64,000 nucleotides of DNA from Candidatus Nealsonbacteria bacterium (GTDB lineage Bacteria; Patescibacteriota; Minisyncoccia; Minisyncoccales; JAGGXC01): assembly GCA_026396195.1 (NCBI GenBank), contig JAPLXH010000006.1:13784-77783 (forward strand), read 5' to 3'. Below are positions 10,074-19,970 of this stretch, in pieces (position 1 is the stretch's first letter; every line of letters begins with the position of its first letter). The notes beneath the pieces are model-generated. The model ran no database searches. It was not told the DNA's origin and worked only from the letters and a program-made list of their open reading frames with translations. A program made the translations under genes and the position numbers.

Positions 10074-10541
10074 TTAAAATTCTAAACCTCCTTCTCGGGC
10101 GCCCTCGGCCAAAAATCGGACTCGGCCGTGATAAGCAAATCCGCCCCGGTCAAAAACCACTTTTTTTATTTTATTTTCCAGTGCTTTTTGGGCAATCAAT
10201 TTTCCGACCTCAAAAGCCAAAACTTCTTTCGAACCGAGAGCTCTTTTTTCCTTAATTTTTGGTTTTTGTGCGGATTTTCCGTCAGTTTTATTCTCTTTAT
10301 CCGCCGCAATTTCAGCAGAAATGGATTTTTTTTCAACCTTATCGCTGATTTTTGTTTTTTTAATTTCAAAATCCTTGGCGCTCAAAATAACCCGATTTTT
10401 TTCATCATCGATCAAATTACAATAAATGTGGTTAGCTGACCTGAAAACGCAAAGACGGGGAACCTGGGCCGTTCTGGAAATCTTAGCTCTGATTCTTTTG
10501 TGTTTCCTTTTAATTCTTGCTTTTTTTATTGAAATTGCCAT
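10074..10541 (-). CDS. rplR: 50S ribosomal protein L18 with ~50-aa internal Lys-rich insertion
   Basis: [10 protein letters not shown]...[18 protein letters not shown] ... [12 protein letters not shown]. Confidence 0.93.
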   Translation of the reverse strand: MAISIKKARIKRKHKRIRAKISRTAQVPRLCVFRSANHIYCNLIDDEKNRVILSAKDFEIKKTKISDKVEKKSISAEIAADKENKTDGKSAQKPKIKEKRALGSKEVLAFEVGKLIAQKALENKIKKVVFDRGGFAYHGRVRFLAEGAREGGLEF

Positions 10542-10556
10542 ATTTTTTAATCAAAT

Positions 10557-11105
10557 TTAAGCGCCCGTGGAAGAAACTACTTTCTTGCCTTCTTTCAGTT
10601 TTATCACTTCCCCTAAATATCTTATTCCTTTGTCTTTATAAGCATCGGGCGGCCTTATTCTCCTTATTTTAGCAGCCGTCTCTCCGACCAATTGCTTGTC
10701 AAATCCTGAGACAATAATAATATTTTTTTCTACAATAAACTTAATGCCTTCGATTTTTTTCATTTTTACGGGATGGCTGAATCCTACCTGCAAAACCAAA
10801 TCCTCTCCTTCTAAGTTGACCTTGAAACCTATTCCTTTGATTTCTAATTTTTTTTCAAAACCGTCAGTAACGCCCTTAACCATGTTAAATAAAAGAGCGC
10901 GGGTTGTTCCCCAAAAAGCGCCGGTTTTTTTAATTTTAATTTTCGGAGTGATAAAAAGCTTATCCTCTTTCAAGGAAACTTCAATTTCCCGGCGAATTTC
11001 CTGAGAAAGTTCACCTTTGGGGCCTTTTATTAAAATTTTCCCTTTCTCTATTTTTACCTCAACGCCCTTAGGGATTGTGATGAATTTTTTTCCTACTCTG
11101 GACAT
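10557..11105 (-). CDS. rplF: 50S ribosomal protein L6
   Basis: MSRVGKKFITIPKGVEV. I chose the ATG at 11105 over the track start at 11123, which overlaps rpsH. Confidence 0.94.
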   Translation of the reverse strand: MSRVGKKFITIPKGVEVKIEKGKILIKGPKGELSQEIRREIEVSLKEDKLFITPKIKIKKTGAFWGTTRALLFNMVKGVTDGFEKKLEIKGIGFKVNLEGEDLVLQVGFSHPVKMKKIEGIKFIVEKNIIIVSGFDKQLVGETAAKIRRIRPPDAYKDKGIRYLGEVIKLKEGKKVVSSTGA

Positions 11106-11116
11106 AATTTTAAATT

Positions 11117-11506
11117 TTACCAAATTTCAAACATTAATTCTCCTCCCGTTTTATTTTTTCTCGCTTCCTTGCCTGTCATTAACCCCTTGGGAGTAGAAAT
11201 TACGGATATGCCATATCCGCTTCTGACTTTTTTTATTTCAGAAACAGAGACGTAAACTCTCCGTCCCGGCTTTGAAATTCTCTTAAATTTGGAGATGGCG
11301 GGACAATCTCCTTCATATTTTAATTTAATTCTTATCGCCTTTTTTTCTTTTTTAATGCTTTTTTCAACCTCTCCTAATATATTTTCCCTCTCTAGAAGCT
11401 TGGCAATGTTATATTTTAAATCAGAAAAAGGAATCTTAACCTCGGGATGTAAGACGGCTTGCGCGTTCCTTATTTGATTAAACATGTCTGTAATTGGGTC
11501 TGTCAT
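11117..11506 (-). CDS. rpsH: 30S ribosomal protein S8
   Basis: MTDPITDMFNQIRNAQ. Confidence 0.96.
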   Translation of the reverse strand: MTDPITDMFNQIRNAQAVLHPEVKIPFSDLKYNIAKLLERENILGEVEKSIKKEKKAIRIKLKYEGDCPAISKFKRISKPGRRVYVSVSEIKKVRSGYGISVISTPKGLMTGKEARKNKTGGELMFEIW

Positions 11507-11525
11507 AATTTCAAAATATTTTTAA

Positions 11526-11711
11526 TTACCACGAAGATTTTTTAACGCCGGGAATCAAACCTCGGTTAGCCATTTCTCTGAAACAAATCCGGCACAAACC
11601 GAACTTCCTCATATAAGCTCTTTTTCGGCCGCACTTAAAACATCTTCGCACCAATCTCGTGCTGAATTTGGGTTTCCTTTTTGATTTGGCAATTTGAGAT
11701 TTTATCGCCAT
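11526..11711 (-). CDS. rpsN: 30S ribosomal protein S14, type Z (zinc)
   Basis: 61 aa with CFKCGR...CRIC. Confidence 0.96.
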   Translation of the reverse strand: MAIKSQIAKSKRKPKFSTRLVRRCFKCGRKRAYMRKFGLCRICFREMANRGLIPGVKKSSW

Positions 11712-11726
11712 ATTATTAATTTAATC

Positions 11727-12311
11727 TTACTTTAATTCTTTATTTTTAATTGGGAATCCCATTAATTTCAGAAGTTCCAATCCTTCGTCTTTATTTTTAG
11801 CATTAGTCGCCACTATCACTTCGAATCCGAAAATCTGCCTTGCTCTTTCCGGAGAAACTTCCGGAAAAACAATGTGTTCTCTAAGGCCTATCGTAAGGTT
11901 CCCGGATTTGTCTATTGATTTTTCTTCAATTCCTTTAAAATCCCTGGATCTGGGCAGTCCTATGGAAATCAATCTTTCCAAAAAATCGTACATCTTTCTT
12001 TTTCTCAGGGTACACATTGCGCCTATCGCCATGCCTTCCCTGATTTTAAAAGCCGCGATTGATTTTTTGGCTTTGGTTAAAACCAATTTCTGGCCGGCAA
12101 TCAAGGCCAAATCCTGTAAAATAAAGTTTTGAATTTTCTTTCTTTCTTCCGAAGAAGCCTCTCCGGCAACCTGCCTGCCAAAACCGACATTTATCACCGC
12201 TTTATTAATTTTAGGAACCGCCATGCTGTTAGGATAACCGAATTTCTCCTTCATTTTGGGAATGACTTCTTTTTGATATTTTGATTGTAAATTTGGAATT
12301 CCTTTGCTCAT
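11727..12311 (-). CDS. rplE: 50S ribosomal protein L5
   Basis: VPKINKAVINVG and FPEV motifs, plus operon position. Confidence 0.96.
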   Translation of the reverse strand: MSKGIPNLQSKYQKEVIPKMKEKFGYPNSMAVPKINKAVINVGFGRQVAGEASSEERKKIQNFILQDLALIAGQKLVLTKAKKSIAAFKIREGMAIGAMCTLRKRKMYDFLERLISIGLPRSRDFKGIEEKSIDKSGNLTIGLREHIVFPEVSPERARQIFGFEVIVATNAKNKDEGLELLKLMGFPIKNKELK

Positions 12312-12326
12312 GCAATTAAATAAACT

Positions 12327-12632
12327 TTATATTGTCTCTTTGCATTTTTTACAAATTCTAAATTTTTCTTTTTCAACGATTTTTACCCCCAATCTCGTCG
12401 GCTTCCCGCATTTTGGACAAATCAATTTTACTTTTGAAGCCGGAAAAGGATAAGGAAGGGACACTATCTGCCCTTTTTCTCCTGATTTTTTCGGTTTTAC
12501 GTGCTTTTTTATCAAATTCGCTCCTTCAACCGTAATTTTTTCAGATTCGGGCAAAGCCCTAAGAACCTTGCCTTTTTTGCCTCGGTATTTTCCTGAAATT
12601 ATGAGAACTTGGTCATTCTTTTTTATTTTCAT
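12327..12632 (-). CDS. rplX: 50S ribosomal protein L24
   Basis: MKIKKNDQVLIISGKYRGKKGKV (KOW motif), with a C-terminal CxxC...CxxC. Confidence 0.95.
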   Translation of the reverse strand: MKIKKNDQVLIISGKYRGKKGKVLRALPESEKITVEGANLIKKHVKPKKSGEKGQIVSLPYPFPASKVKLICPKCGKPTRLGVKIVEKEKFRICKKCKETI

Positions 12633-12642
12633 TTTTTTTATT

Positions 12643-13011
12643 TTATACCAATTCTTCAGCCAAAGTAGCTATCTTTTCAAATCCTCTTTCTTTTAATTCC
12701 TTGGGAATGGGACCGAAAATTCTTCCGCCTTTCGGCTCTTTTTTCGCATCAATAATAACAATCGCATTTTCATCAAAACGGATATAAGTGCCGTCTTTCC
12801 GGCGAAAATTCTTTTTTTGCCTCACGAGCACCGCCCTTAAAACCTGATGTTTTTTGACTTCTCTCCGAGGCTCGGCTTTCTTGATAACCACCACAATCTG
12901 GTCTCCGATTTGGGCGAATTTTTTATTGCTTCCGCCCAAAACGGTAATACACTGAGCCACCTTGGCTCCGCTATTATCCGCTACTTTTAACATGCTTCTA
13001 AGCTGTATCAT
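12643..13011 (-). CDS. rplN: 50S ribosomal protein L14
   Basis: MIQLRSMLKVADNSGAK. Confidence 0.97.
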   Translation of the reverse strand: MIQLRSMLKVADNSGAKVAQCITVLGGSNKKFAQIGDQIVVVIKKAEPRREVKKHQVLRAVLVRQKKNFRRKDGTYIRFDENAIVIIDAKKEPKGGRIFGPIPKELKERGFEKIATLAEELV

Positions 13012-13023
13012 TTTTTTAAAAAA

Positions 13024-13257
13024 TTATATTTTTTTAATAACCACCCATTTCTTGTCTTTGCTGAGAGGCCTGCACTCTTCAATCAAAACCTTGTCTCCCG
13101 TCTTGAATTCTTTTTTTTCATCATGGGCTTTGTATTTTTTATGAATGGTGTATCTTTTTTTATATTTAGAATGGAATTTGTTTCTTTCAACCGATACCAC
13201 CACTGTTTTTTGCATTTTGTCGGATATGACTTCTCCCTTTAATTGATGTTTTGGCAT
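13024..13257 (-). CDS. rpsQ: 30S ribosomal protein S17
   Basis: LKGEVISDKMQKTVVVSVER. Confidence 0.95.
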   Translation of the reverse strand: MPKHQLKGEVISDKMQKTVVVSVERNKFHSKYKKRYTIHKKYKAHDEKKEFKTGDKVLIEECRPLSKDKKWVVIKKI

Positions 13258-13266
13258 ATTTTAAAA

Positions 13267-13452
13267 TTATTTTTTGCAGTTTTTTATTGTCATAATTCTG
13301 GCAATATCTTTTTTCGTCTCCCTGATTTCCCTTACGTTTTTTACCTTGCCGGAAACCAAATCAAAATTAAGCTTCCCTATTTTTTCGGATAATTCTAAAA
13401 ATAGTTTATCCACCTCGGTTTTTGATTTTTGGCGAATTTCAGATATTTTCAT
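13267..13452 (-). CDS. rpmC: 50S ribosomal protein L29
   Basis: [17 protein letters not shown]. The ATG at 13452 is preferred over the track start at 13464. Confidence 0.9.
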   Translation of the reverse strand: MKISEIRQKSKTEVDKLFLELSEKIGKLNFDLVSGKVKNVREIRETKKDIARIMTIKNCKK

Positions 13453-13861
13453 CTTTTTTAACAAATTTAGTTTTAATTGGCAACTTAGCGCCCGCTATCT
13501 TAAAAGCTTCCCGGGCCTGTTCCTCGCTTATACCTTCCAATTCAAAAATAATCCGGCCGGGCTTTATTGGAAAAGCGTAAAATTCCACTCCGCCCTTTCC
13601 TCCGCCCATCGGTGTTTCCACTCCCTTGCTGGTAATGGGTTTGTCCGGAAAAATCCGAACCCATAACTTTCCTCCTTTCTTCAGATATCTGATAATAGCT
13701 CTCCTGGCCGCCTCAATTTGCCTGGCATTAATCCACTTGGTCCCCATGCTTTTCAATCCGAAAGTGCCGAAAGCAATCTCAGTTCCTCTGGTCTCTATCC
13801 CTTTAGAGCGTCCTTTTTGCCATTTTCTGTGTTTTACTCTTTTTGGATTAAGTAATGCCAT
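13439..13861 (-). CDS. rplP: 50S ribosomal protein L16
   Basis: [15 protein letters not shown]. Confidence 0.97.
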   Translation of the reverse strand: MALLNPKRVKHRKWQKGRSKGIETRGTEIAFGTFGLKSMGTKWINARQIEAARRAIIRYLKKGGKLWVRIFPDKPITSKGVETPMGGGKGGVEFYAFPIKPGRIIFELEGISEEQAREAFKIAGAKLPIKTKFVKKDENI

Positions 13862-13866
13862 ATTTT

Positions 13867-14511
13867 TTAATCAAATTTGTCTCCTTTGTATATCCAAACT
13901 TTAACTCCTATTTTTCCGTAAGTGCAAAGAGCCGCCGTTTCACCGTAATCAATATCCGCTCTCAATGTCTGGCGAGGCAATCTGCCTTCTTTCAGCCACT
14001 CTCTCCTGGCGATTTCTTTTCCGTCAAGCCGTCCGGAAACCTGAACCCTGACTCCTTTTGCTTCTTTGTGAACCATAACCTTGCCGATGGCTTGTTTTAA
14101 AACCTTTCTGAAGCGGGACCTTTTCTCTATTTGTTGGGCAATCCATTGGGCCACCAGCTGGGCTTTTATCCAAGGATCTTTTACTCCCTTTATTTCTATT
14201 TTTAAAATTCTTTTCTTGTCTGATTTTAAAATCTTATCTTTAATGTATTTTATCAGCATTTCTATTCCTTCCCCGCCCCGGCCGATTACAATGCCGGGTC
14301 TTGCCGTAGAAATAATAATGTTAATTTTGCCGGGAAATCTCTCAATCTCAATTTTTTCTATTGATGCTTCTTTTAATTTTTTATCCAAAAAATCTCTGAT
14401 CCTCAAATCCTCCTCTAAATATTGGGGGGTGTTTTTCATGCTTATCCAGCGGGAATCCCAGTCGCCGATGTCTCTTATTCTGAACGCTTTTGGGTGAACT
14501 TTATGTGTCAT
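13867..14511 (-). CDS. rpsC: 30S ribosomal protein S3
   Basis: [11 protein letters not shown]..., KH domain [12 protein letters not shown]. Confidence 0.97.
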   Translation of the reverse strand: MTHKVHPKAFRIRDIGDWDSRWISMKNTPQYLEEDLRIRDFLDKKLKEASIEKIEIERFPGKINIIISTARPGIVIGRGGEGIEMLIKYIKDKILKSDKKRILKIEIKGVKDPWIKAQLVAQWIAQQIEKRSRFRKVLKQAIGKVMVHKEAKGVRVQVSGRLDGKEIARREWLKEGRLPRQTLRADIDYGETAALCTYGKIGVKVWIYKGDKFD

Positions 14512-14523
14512 ATATATTTGAAA

Positions 14524-15054
14524 TTACATTGCTTTCCTTTGAAATATCCTTTTAGGGGTGGGTTTTATTTCCGACTTTTTCATTGTTTTTAAATCTTTAA
14601 ATTTAAATTTGGCTTCTTTTTTAATTTCAGGCTTCCTGTCTTCTGTTTTTTCTTTAATTTCCTCAATTTTTCTTGCCTTTCCTTTTGCGATTTTTTGTTT
14701 GTTTTTTAAATCGGCTGTCTCTTCTATTTCTTTTAAAACTAAAACAATATGGGATGTCTTTTTTTGAATTTCGTAGGCCTGGCCTCGGGCTCGGGGCATA
14801 AACCTTTTTAATTTCGGCCCGTCGTTAACCAGAAGTTTTGATATATAAAAATTATTTTCATCCAATCCGAAATTATTTTTAGCATTAGCCATCGCGCTTT
14901 TTAAAAGTTTTGCCAAGGGAAGGGTCGCTCTTTTAGAAACAAATTTTAAAATATTCTGAGCTTTCTCAACTTTTTTACCTCTTATCAAATCGGCCACTAA
15001 TCTGACTTTTCTTGCCGATATTCTTAAATAATTTAATTTAGCGATAACTTCCAT
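14524..15054 (-). CDS. rplV: 50S ribosomal protein L22 with ~60-aa Lys/Glu-rich C-terminal extension
   Basis: AKLNYLRISARKVRLVADLIRGK. Confidence 0.95.
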   Translation of the reverse strand: MEVIAKLNYLRISARKVRLVADLIRGKKVEKAQNILKFVSKRATLPLAKLLKSAMANAKNNFGLDENNFYISKLLVNDGPKLKRFMPRARGQAYEIQKKTSHIVLVLKEIEETADLKNKQKIAKGKARKIEEIKEKTEDRKPEIKKEAKFKFKDLKTMKKSEIKPTPKRIFQRKAM

Positions 15055-15062
15055 TTTTTTAA

Positions 15063-15401
15063 TTATTTTTTAGTTCCTTCTTTTTCTTTTTGAACCACTG
15101 TCTGTTCTTTTTCAACTGCTTGCGCCTCCAAGTCGCGCTGCATCCTTCCGCCGTGTCTTGAAAAACGGGTTGTCGGAGCAAACTCCCCAAGTTTGTGCCC
15201 GACCATTTCTTCGTTTACGGTCACCTGGACATGTTCTTTCCCGTTATGGACTCCAAAAACCAAATCAATCATTTCCGGAGTAATGGTGGAAGACCTGCAC
15301 CAAGTCTTAATAATGGCTTTCTTGCCTGAAGCTTTCATCTTTTCTATTTTTTCCAAAAGTCTTGAATCCACAAAAGGGCCTTTTTTAAGCGATCTTGCCA
15401 T
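15063..15401 (-). CDS. rpsS: 30S ribosomal protein S19 with C-terminal extension
   Basis: [12 protein letters not shown]...HNGKEHV. Confidence 0.96.
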   Translation of the reverse strand: MARSLKKGPFVDSRLLEKIEKMKASGKKAIIKTWCRSSTITPEMIDLVFGVHNGKEHVQVTVNEEMVGHKLGEFAPTTRFSRHGGRMQRDLEAQAVEKEQTVVQKEKEGTKK

Positions 15402-15450
15402 GTTTTTTTAATTATTTTTTGTTTTTTTGCATTATAATTTATTTCTCAAA

Positions 15451-16284
15451 CTATCTGACTCCTTTTTGGCGGCGGGACACTATGAATTTATCGGAATATT
15501 TTTTTCTTTTTCTTGTTTTTACTCCTTTGGCATGCTTTCCCCAGGGAGTTTTAGGATACTTCAAGCCGATAGGCGTGCTTCCTTCTCCTCCGCCATGAGG
15601 ATGGTCGCAGGGATTCATCGCTGTCCCCCGAACTCTCGGCCTTACTCCCATGTGGCGCGCTCTTCCGGCCTTGCCTATAACTATAAATCTGTTTTCCGGA
15701 CAAGAAATCTGGCCGATGGAAGCGAAACAATCTCCTAAAACTTTTCTGACTTCCGTGGAAGGAAACTTTATCTGGCAATATTTGTTTTCATGGGCTAAAA
15801 CCACGGCCGAAGAACCCGCTCCCCTGACTAATTTTCCCCCCTGGCCGGGAATCAATTCAATATTATAAACCGCGGTCCCTACGGGAATATTTTTTACTTT
15901 CATTCGGTTGCCCCCTGAAATCGGAGCCTCTTCCGCAAAAATAATTTCGTCACCCACTTTTAAATTGTGGGAAGCGATAATATATTTCCTTTCTTTGTCA
16001 GGGTATTCCAATAAAGCTAAAAAAGCTGTCCGGTTCGGGTCGTATTCCAAAGCAATTACTTTGGCTTTTACATCTAATCTTTGCTGGCCGAATTCAATAA
16101 TCCGGTAAATTTTTCTGGCCCCGCCTCCCTGATGCCTGGAAGTAATGCGGCCGGTATTATTTCTTCCGCCTTGTTTTTTCAAAGACACCAACAAATTTTT
16201 TTCCGGTCTTTTTTTCGTTAAAACCGTAAAGTCCTTGCTCATCATATGTCTCCTTGAGGGAGTTGTGGGTTTATAGCTTTTCAT
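15451..16284 (-). CDS. rplB: 50S ribosomal protein L2
   Basis: MNPCDHPHGGGEG. Confidence 0.98.
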   Translation of the reverse strand: MKSYKPTTPSRRHMMSKDFTVLTKKRPEKNLLVSLKKQGGRNNTGRITSRHQGGGARKIYRIIEFGQQRLDVKAKVIALEYDPNRTAFLALLEYPDKERKYIIASHNLKVGDEIIFAEEAPISGGNRMKVKNIPVGTAVYNIELIPGQGGKLVRGAGSSAVVLAHENKYCQIKFPSTEVRKVLGDCFASIGQISCPENRFIVIGKAGRARHMGVRPRVRGTAMNPCDHPHGGGEGSTPIGLKYPKTPWGKHAKGVKTRKRKKYSDKFIVSRRQKGVR

Positions 16285-16291
16285 AAAAAAA

Positions 16292-16765
16292 TTATCTTGG
16301 CAAAATTTCTATTTTTTGTCCTTCTTTTACTTTAATAATGGCTTTTTTATATCCTTTTTGCCAACCCTCATGCCTTCCCAACCTTCTTTTTCTCGCCGGA
16401 ATGTTTATAATCCTCACCGTCAAAACATCAATGCCGTACAGGTCTTGGACCGCTTTTTTAATTTCTATTTTATTGGCTCTTGAATAAACCTTAAAAACGT
16501 ATTTATTTTTTGCCACCAAATCCGTTGCTTTTTCGGTAACGTGGGGTCCTTTTAAAATCCACCTTTCTTCGCCCCGGGTTATTTTTTTAATTTTAATTTT
16601 TGGCTCCTCAATCTTTACTTCTTTTTTTTCCGGTTTTTTCTCAACCTCTTTCTTTTCCGGAATCTTCGCCGGCTTTTTTTCCGTCTTCTTTTTCGCCTTC
16701 TTTTCTTTCCAGGGCTTTTTTAAGGCTTCTTTTTTATTTTTTTTAAATTTGTCTAAAAAGCTCAT
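16292..16765 (-). CDS. rplW: 50S ribosomal protein L23 with ~60-aa Lys-rich N-terminal extension
   Basis: The C-terminal 95 aa form the L23 core (ILKGPHVTEKAT...KKAIIKV). The N-terminal part is KKEVEKKPEKKEV low complexity. Confidence 0.92.
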   Translation of the reverse strand: MSFLDKFKKNKKEALKKPWKEKKAKKKTEKKPAKIPEKKEVEKKPEKKEVKIEEPKIKIKKITRGEERWILKGPHVTEKATDLVAKNKYVFKVYSRANKIEIKKAVQDLYGIDVLTVRIINIPARKRRLGRHEGWQKGYKKAIIKVKEGQKIEILPR

Positions 16766-16769
16766 AAAT

Positions 16770-17399
16770 TTATTTTAAAAACGTTTCTCTTATCATTTTT
16801 ACCGATTCTTTCGGCAGAATTAAATACTTGGAAGAAAGCAAATCCAAAACATTCAAATTCCTTGCTTCAAGAGTTTTCAATCTCGGAATGTTTCTGGCTG
16901 ATAAAACTATTTTTTTATCCAATTTTGGCAAAGATATCAGGCAACTTTCGCTTTTGCAGGGAAGTTTTTTTAAAATTTCGGCCATTGTCTTTGTTTTTAT
17001 ATTTTCTATTTCAATTTTATCCAAAACTATTAAAAAGTTTTCTTTGGCTTTAACGCTCAAAACCATAAACAAAGCCTTTCTTCTCATTTTCTGGGGCATA
17101 TCTCTTTTAAAAACTCTTTGTTTTCTCGGCCCGAAAGTCACTCCGCCGCCTTTCCAAAGAGGAGAACGGATGGAGCCGTGTCGGGCGCGGCCGGTTCCCT
17201 TCTGTTGCCAAGGTTTCTTTCCTCCGCCCCTCACTTCGCTTCGGTCTTTGGTATGGGCGATAACCTGCCGGCGATTGCCTTTTTGGATGGTTACTGCCTG
17301 ATGGACTAAATCCGAATTAAAAGGAACTTCAAATATTTCCTTGGGAAGCAAGGCCTCGCTGACTGCTTTTCCTTCTTGATTATAAACTTTAATTTTCAT
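16770..17399 (-). CDS. rplD: 50S ribosomal protein L4
   Basis: GGGKKPWQQKGTGRARHGSIRSPLWKGGG. Confidence 0.97.
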   Translation of the reverse strand: MKIKVYNQEGKAVSEALLPKEIFEVPFNSDLVHQAVTIQKGNRRQVIAHTKDRSEVRGGGKKPWQQKGTGRARHGSIRSPLWKGGGVTFGPRKQRVFKRDMPQKMRRKALFMVLSVKAKENFLIVLDKIEIENIKTKTMAEILKKLPCKSESCLISLPKLDKKIVLSARNIPRLKTLEARNLNVLDLLSSKYLILPKESVKMIRETFLK

Positions 17400-17403
17400 A
17401 AAT

Positions 17404-17988
17404 CTATTCTTTAATTTCCAACAAGGTCCCTCTTCGGCCCGGAACCGCTCCTTTTACGGCTAAAATATTGTTTTCTTTATCTATCTTGGCAATCTTTAAA
17501 TTTCTTACTGTTATTCTTGCAAACCCCATATGGCCTGCCATTCTTCTACCTTTAATTACGTGCTGGGGATAACGGCAGCCTATTGACCCCAAAGTTCTTG
17601 ATTCATGTTTTATTCCGTGGGCAAAACCCCTGTCCCTGAATCCCCATCTTTTTACCGCTCCCTGAAAACCCTTTCCCTTTGAAATGCCGGAAATTCTTAC
17701 CTTGTCTCCTTCTTTAAAAATGGAAAGGTCTATCTCCTGTCCTAATTTTAAATCTTCGTTATTTTTAAATTCTTTTAAATATTTAAATTCTTTTTTGTTT
17801 TCGGTTTTTTTAATATTTTTTGTTTTTTTAATGAAACCCAATTGAACGGCCTCGTACCCGTCTTTTTCTTTATTTTTCACTTGCAAAACTTTGCAAGGCC
17901 CGGCTTCAATCAGAGTTACGGGAACAACTTCTCCTTTTTCATTGAATATCTGGGACATTTCTAATTTTTGACCAAGAATGAATTTCAT
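17404..17988 (-). CDS. rplC: 50S ribosomal protein L3
   Basis: GISKGKGFQGAVKRWGF. Confidence 0.97.
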   Translation of the reverse strand: MKFILGQKLEMSQIFNEKGEVVPVTLIEAGPCKVLQVKNKEKDGYEAVQLGFIKKTKNIKKTENKKEFKYLKEFKNNEDLKLGQEIDLSIFKEGDKVRISGISKGKGFQGAVKRWGFRDRGFAHGIKHESRTLGSIGCRYPQHVIKGRRMAGHMGFARITVRNLKIAKIDKENNILAVKGAVPGRRGTLLEIKE

Positions 17989-18152
17989 AATTTCGAAGCT
18001 TTAGCGAAAAATTATATAGTTTCCGCCAAAATTGAACTCTATATATTTATCAACGCAAAACTGGGCTACTAGCCCAGCCTAGACTAGTCTAATAAATTTT
18101 AAAAATATCTTATTTTTAAAAAAATTGCATATTTATTAATGAAAAATAGCAA

Positions 18153-18536
18153 TTAAGTTTTCATTTCGATATCCACTCCGGCCGGCATATTTAAATCCCT
18201 TAAGGTGTCTATTATTTTCCCCGAAGGGTTTAAAATCTCAATCAATCTTTTGTGGATTCTCATTTCAAATTGCTCTCTGGCATCTTTATGCACAAAAGTA
18301 GAACGGTTAACCGTATATTTATGAATTTCGGTCGGCAAAGGAATGGGACCTAAAACTTCTCCTCCGCATCGCAGAATGCTCTCTACGATTTGCTTAGCGC
18401 TGTTATCAATAATCTTATGGTCATAAGCTCTAAGCTTAACCCTAAGTTTAGGTCTTTCTCCTTCAATCTCTTTTTCCTTTAATTCTTTTTCAATGACTTT
18501 CTTCTTAGAAGTCACGGTATTCTTCTTGGAAATCAT
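18153..18536 (-). CDS. rpsJ: 30S ribosomal protein S10 with ~28-aa N-terminal extension
   Basis: LRVKLRAYDHKIIDNS...PLPTE. No internal Met is available that would shorten the N-terminus. Confidence 0.93.
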   Translation of the reverse strand: MISKKNTVTSKKKVIEKELKEKEIEGERPKLRVKLRAYDHKIIDNSAKQIVESILRCGGEVLGPIPLPTEIHKYTVNRSTFVHKDAREQFEMRIHKRLIEILNPSGKIIDTLRDLNMPAGVDIEMKT

Positions 18537-18621
18537 CTTTTAGCTTTATCTCGTCTTATTTATTTTATCATATGCCTTTGGGCATATATTCAAGGTTCTG
18601 TCTTTGATAAAAGACATGTCC

Positions 18622-19821
18622 TTACTTTTTTATCTTAGTCACTACTCCGGATCCCACGGTTTTGCCTCCTTCTCTGATGGCAAATCTTTGTAATTCTTGC
18701 ATGGCTACCGGGGCAATCAACTTGACGCTTACATTGGCCGTATCTCCGGGCATCACCATTTCGGCGCCGGCAGCTAAAGTAACGTCCCCGGTCACATCGG
18801 TCGTTCTTACGTAAAACTGGGGCTTATAACCTGTAAAAAACGGAGTATGACGGCCTCCTTCTTCCTTTGTTAAAATATAAACTTCAGCATCGAACTCGGT
18901 ATGGGGAGTTATGGAACCCGGTTTAGCTAATACCTGCCCTCTCTCAATATCTTCTTTTTTTGTTCCTCTTAACAAAATTCCAACGTTATCTCCGGCTCTC
19001 CCTTCGTCCAAAGATTTATTAAACATTTCAACGCTAACTACCGTTGTTTTTTGGGTCGGGCGAATGCCGACTATTTCAACATCTTCTCCGGACTTAATTA
19101 TTCCTTTTTCAATTCTACCTGTAGCCACTGTCCCTCTTCCGGCAATAGAAAAAACATCCTCAACCGACATCAAAAATGGCTTATCAATTTCTCTTTTGGG
19201 TTCAGGAATATAATCATCCAAAGCTTTGGCTAAGTCCAAAATCGGTTTGGCGTCAGGGTCATCGGCTGATTTAACTTCTAAAGCTTTTACAGCAGAACCC
19301 CTGATAATCGGAATCTCGTCTCCGGGAAATTCATATTTCTTCAAAAGCTCCCTTACTTCCGATTCCACCAAATTAATAATTTCCGGGTCGTCTACCGCGT
19401 CGCATTTATTTAAAAATACCACCAAACAAGGCAAGCCGACTTGGCGGGCCAATAAAATATGTTCTCTGGTTTGAGGCATCGGTCCGTCAGGAGCTGACAC
19501 CACTAAAATAGCACCATCCATCTGGGCGGCGCCGGTAATCATATTTTTAATATAATCAGCGTGTCCCGGACAATCAATATGAGCATAATGGCGTTTTTCG
19601 GTCTCGTACTCTACGTGGCAAATATTAATGGTCAATCCTCGGGCTTTTTCTTCCGGGGCTGAGTCAATTTCATTAATTCCCTTTTCAGAAGCTTTAAATC
19701 CTTTAAGTTTTAAAACTTTAAGAATTGCCGCTGTAAGAGTGGTTTTACCGTGGTCAACGTGGCCGATAGTTCCTATATTTAAGTGAGGCTTTGTTCTATC
19801 AAATTTTGCTTTTTCTACCAT
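18622..19821 (-). CDS. tuf: elongation factor Tu
   Basis: [30 protein letters not shown] chose the ATG at 19821; the track's TTG at 19839 adds 6 aa. Confidence 0.98.
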   Translation of the reverse strand: MVEKAKFDRTKPHLNIGTIGHVDHGKTTLTAAILKVLKLKGFKASEKGINEIDSAPEEKARGLTINICHVEYETEKRHYAHIDCPGHADYIKNMITGAAQMDGAILVVSAPDGPMPQTREHILLARQVGLPCLVVFLNKCDAVDDPEIINLVESEVRELLKKYEFPGDEIPIIRGSAVKALEVKSADDPDAKPILDLAKALDDYIPEPKREIDKPFLMSVEDVFSIAGRGTVATGRIEKGIIKSGEDVEIVGIRPTQKTTVVSVEMFNKSLDEGRAGDNVGILLRGTKKEDIERGQVLAKPGSITPHTEFDAEVYILTKEEGGRHTPFFTGYKPQFYVRTTDVTGDVTLAAGAEMVMPGDTANVSVKLIAPVAMQELQRFAIREGGKTVGSGVVTKIKK

Positions 19822-19970
19822 GTTTTTTGTTGCAATCAACTGTCTGAATAACTAAAAAATTTAATTACTTAAACAGTTCACTGCGTGATTTTTTATTATT
19901 TATTATTATTTATTAATTTTAATTTTAATAATTTATATATTACAAAAATTCAAAGATAAAGTCAACCCTT

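Noticed and set aside
13274-13666. Plus-strand ORFs of 60-157 aa throughout the ribosomal operon (for example 13274..13666, 14081..14497, 16828..17301, 10128..10439).
   Set aside because: They lie antisense to strongly supported r-protein genes and have Phe/Ser/Leu/Ile-rich low-complexity translations typical of shadow frames in AT-rich DNA. None has a motif or start-site signal.
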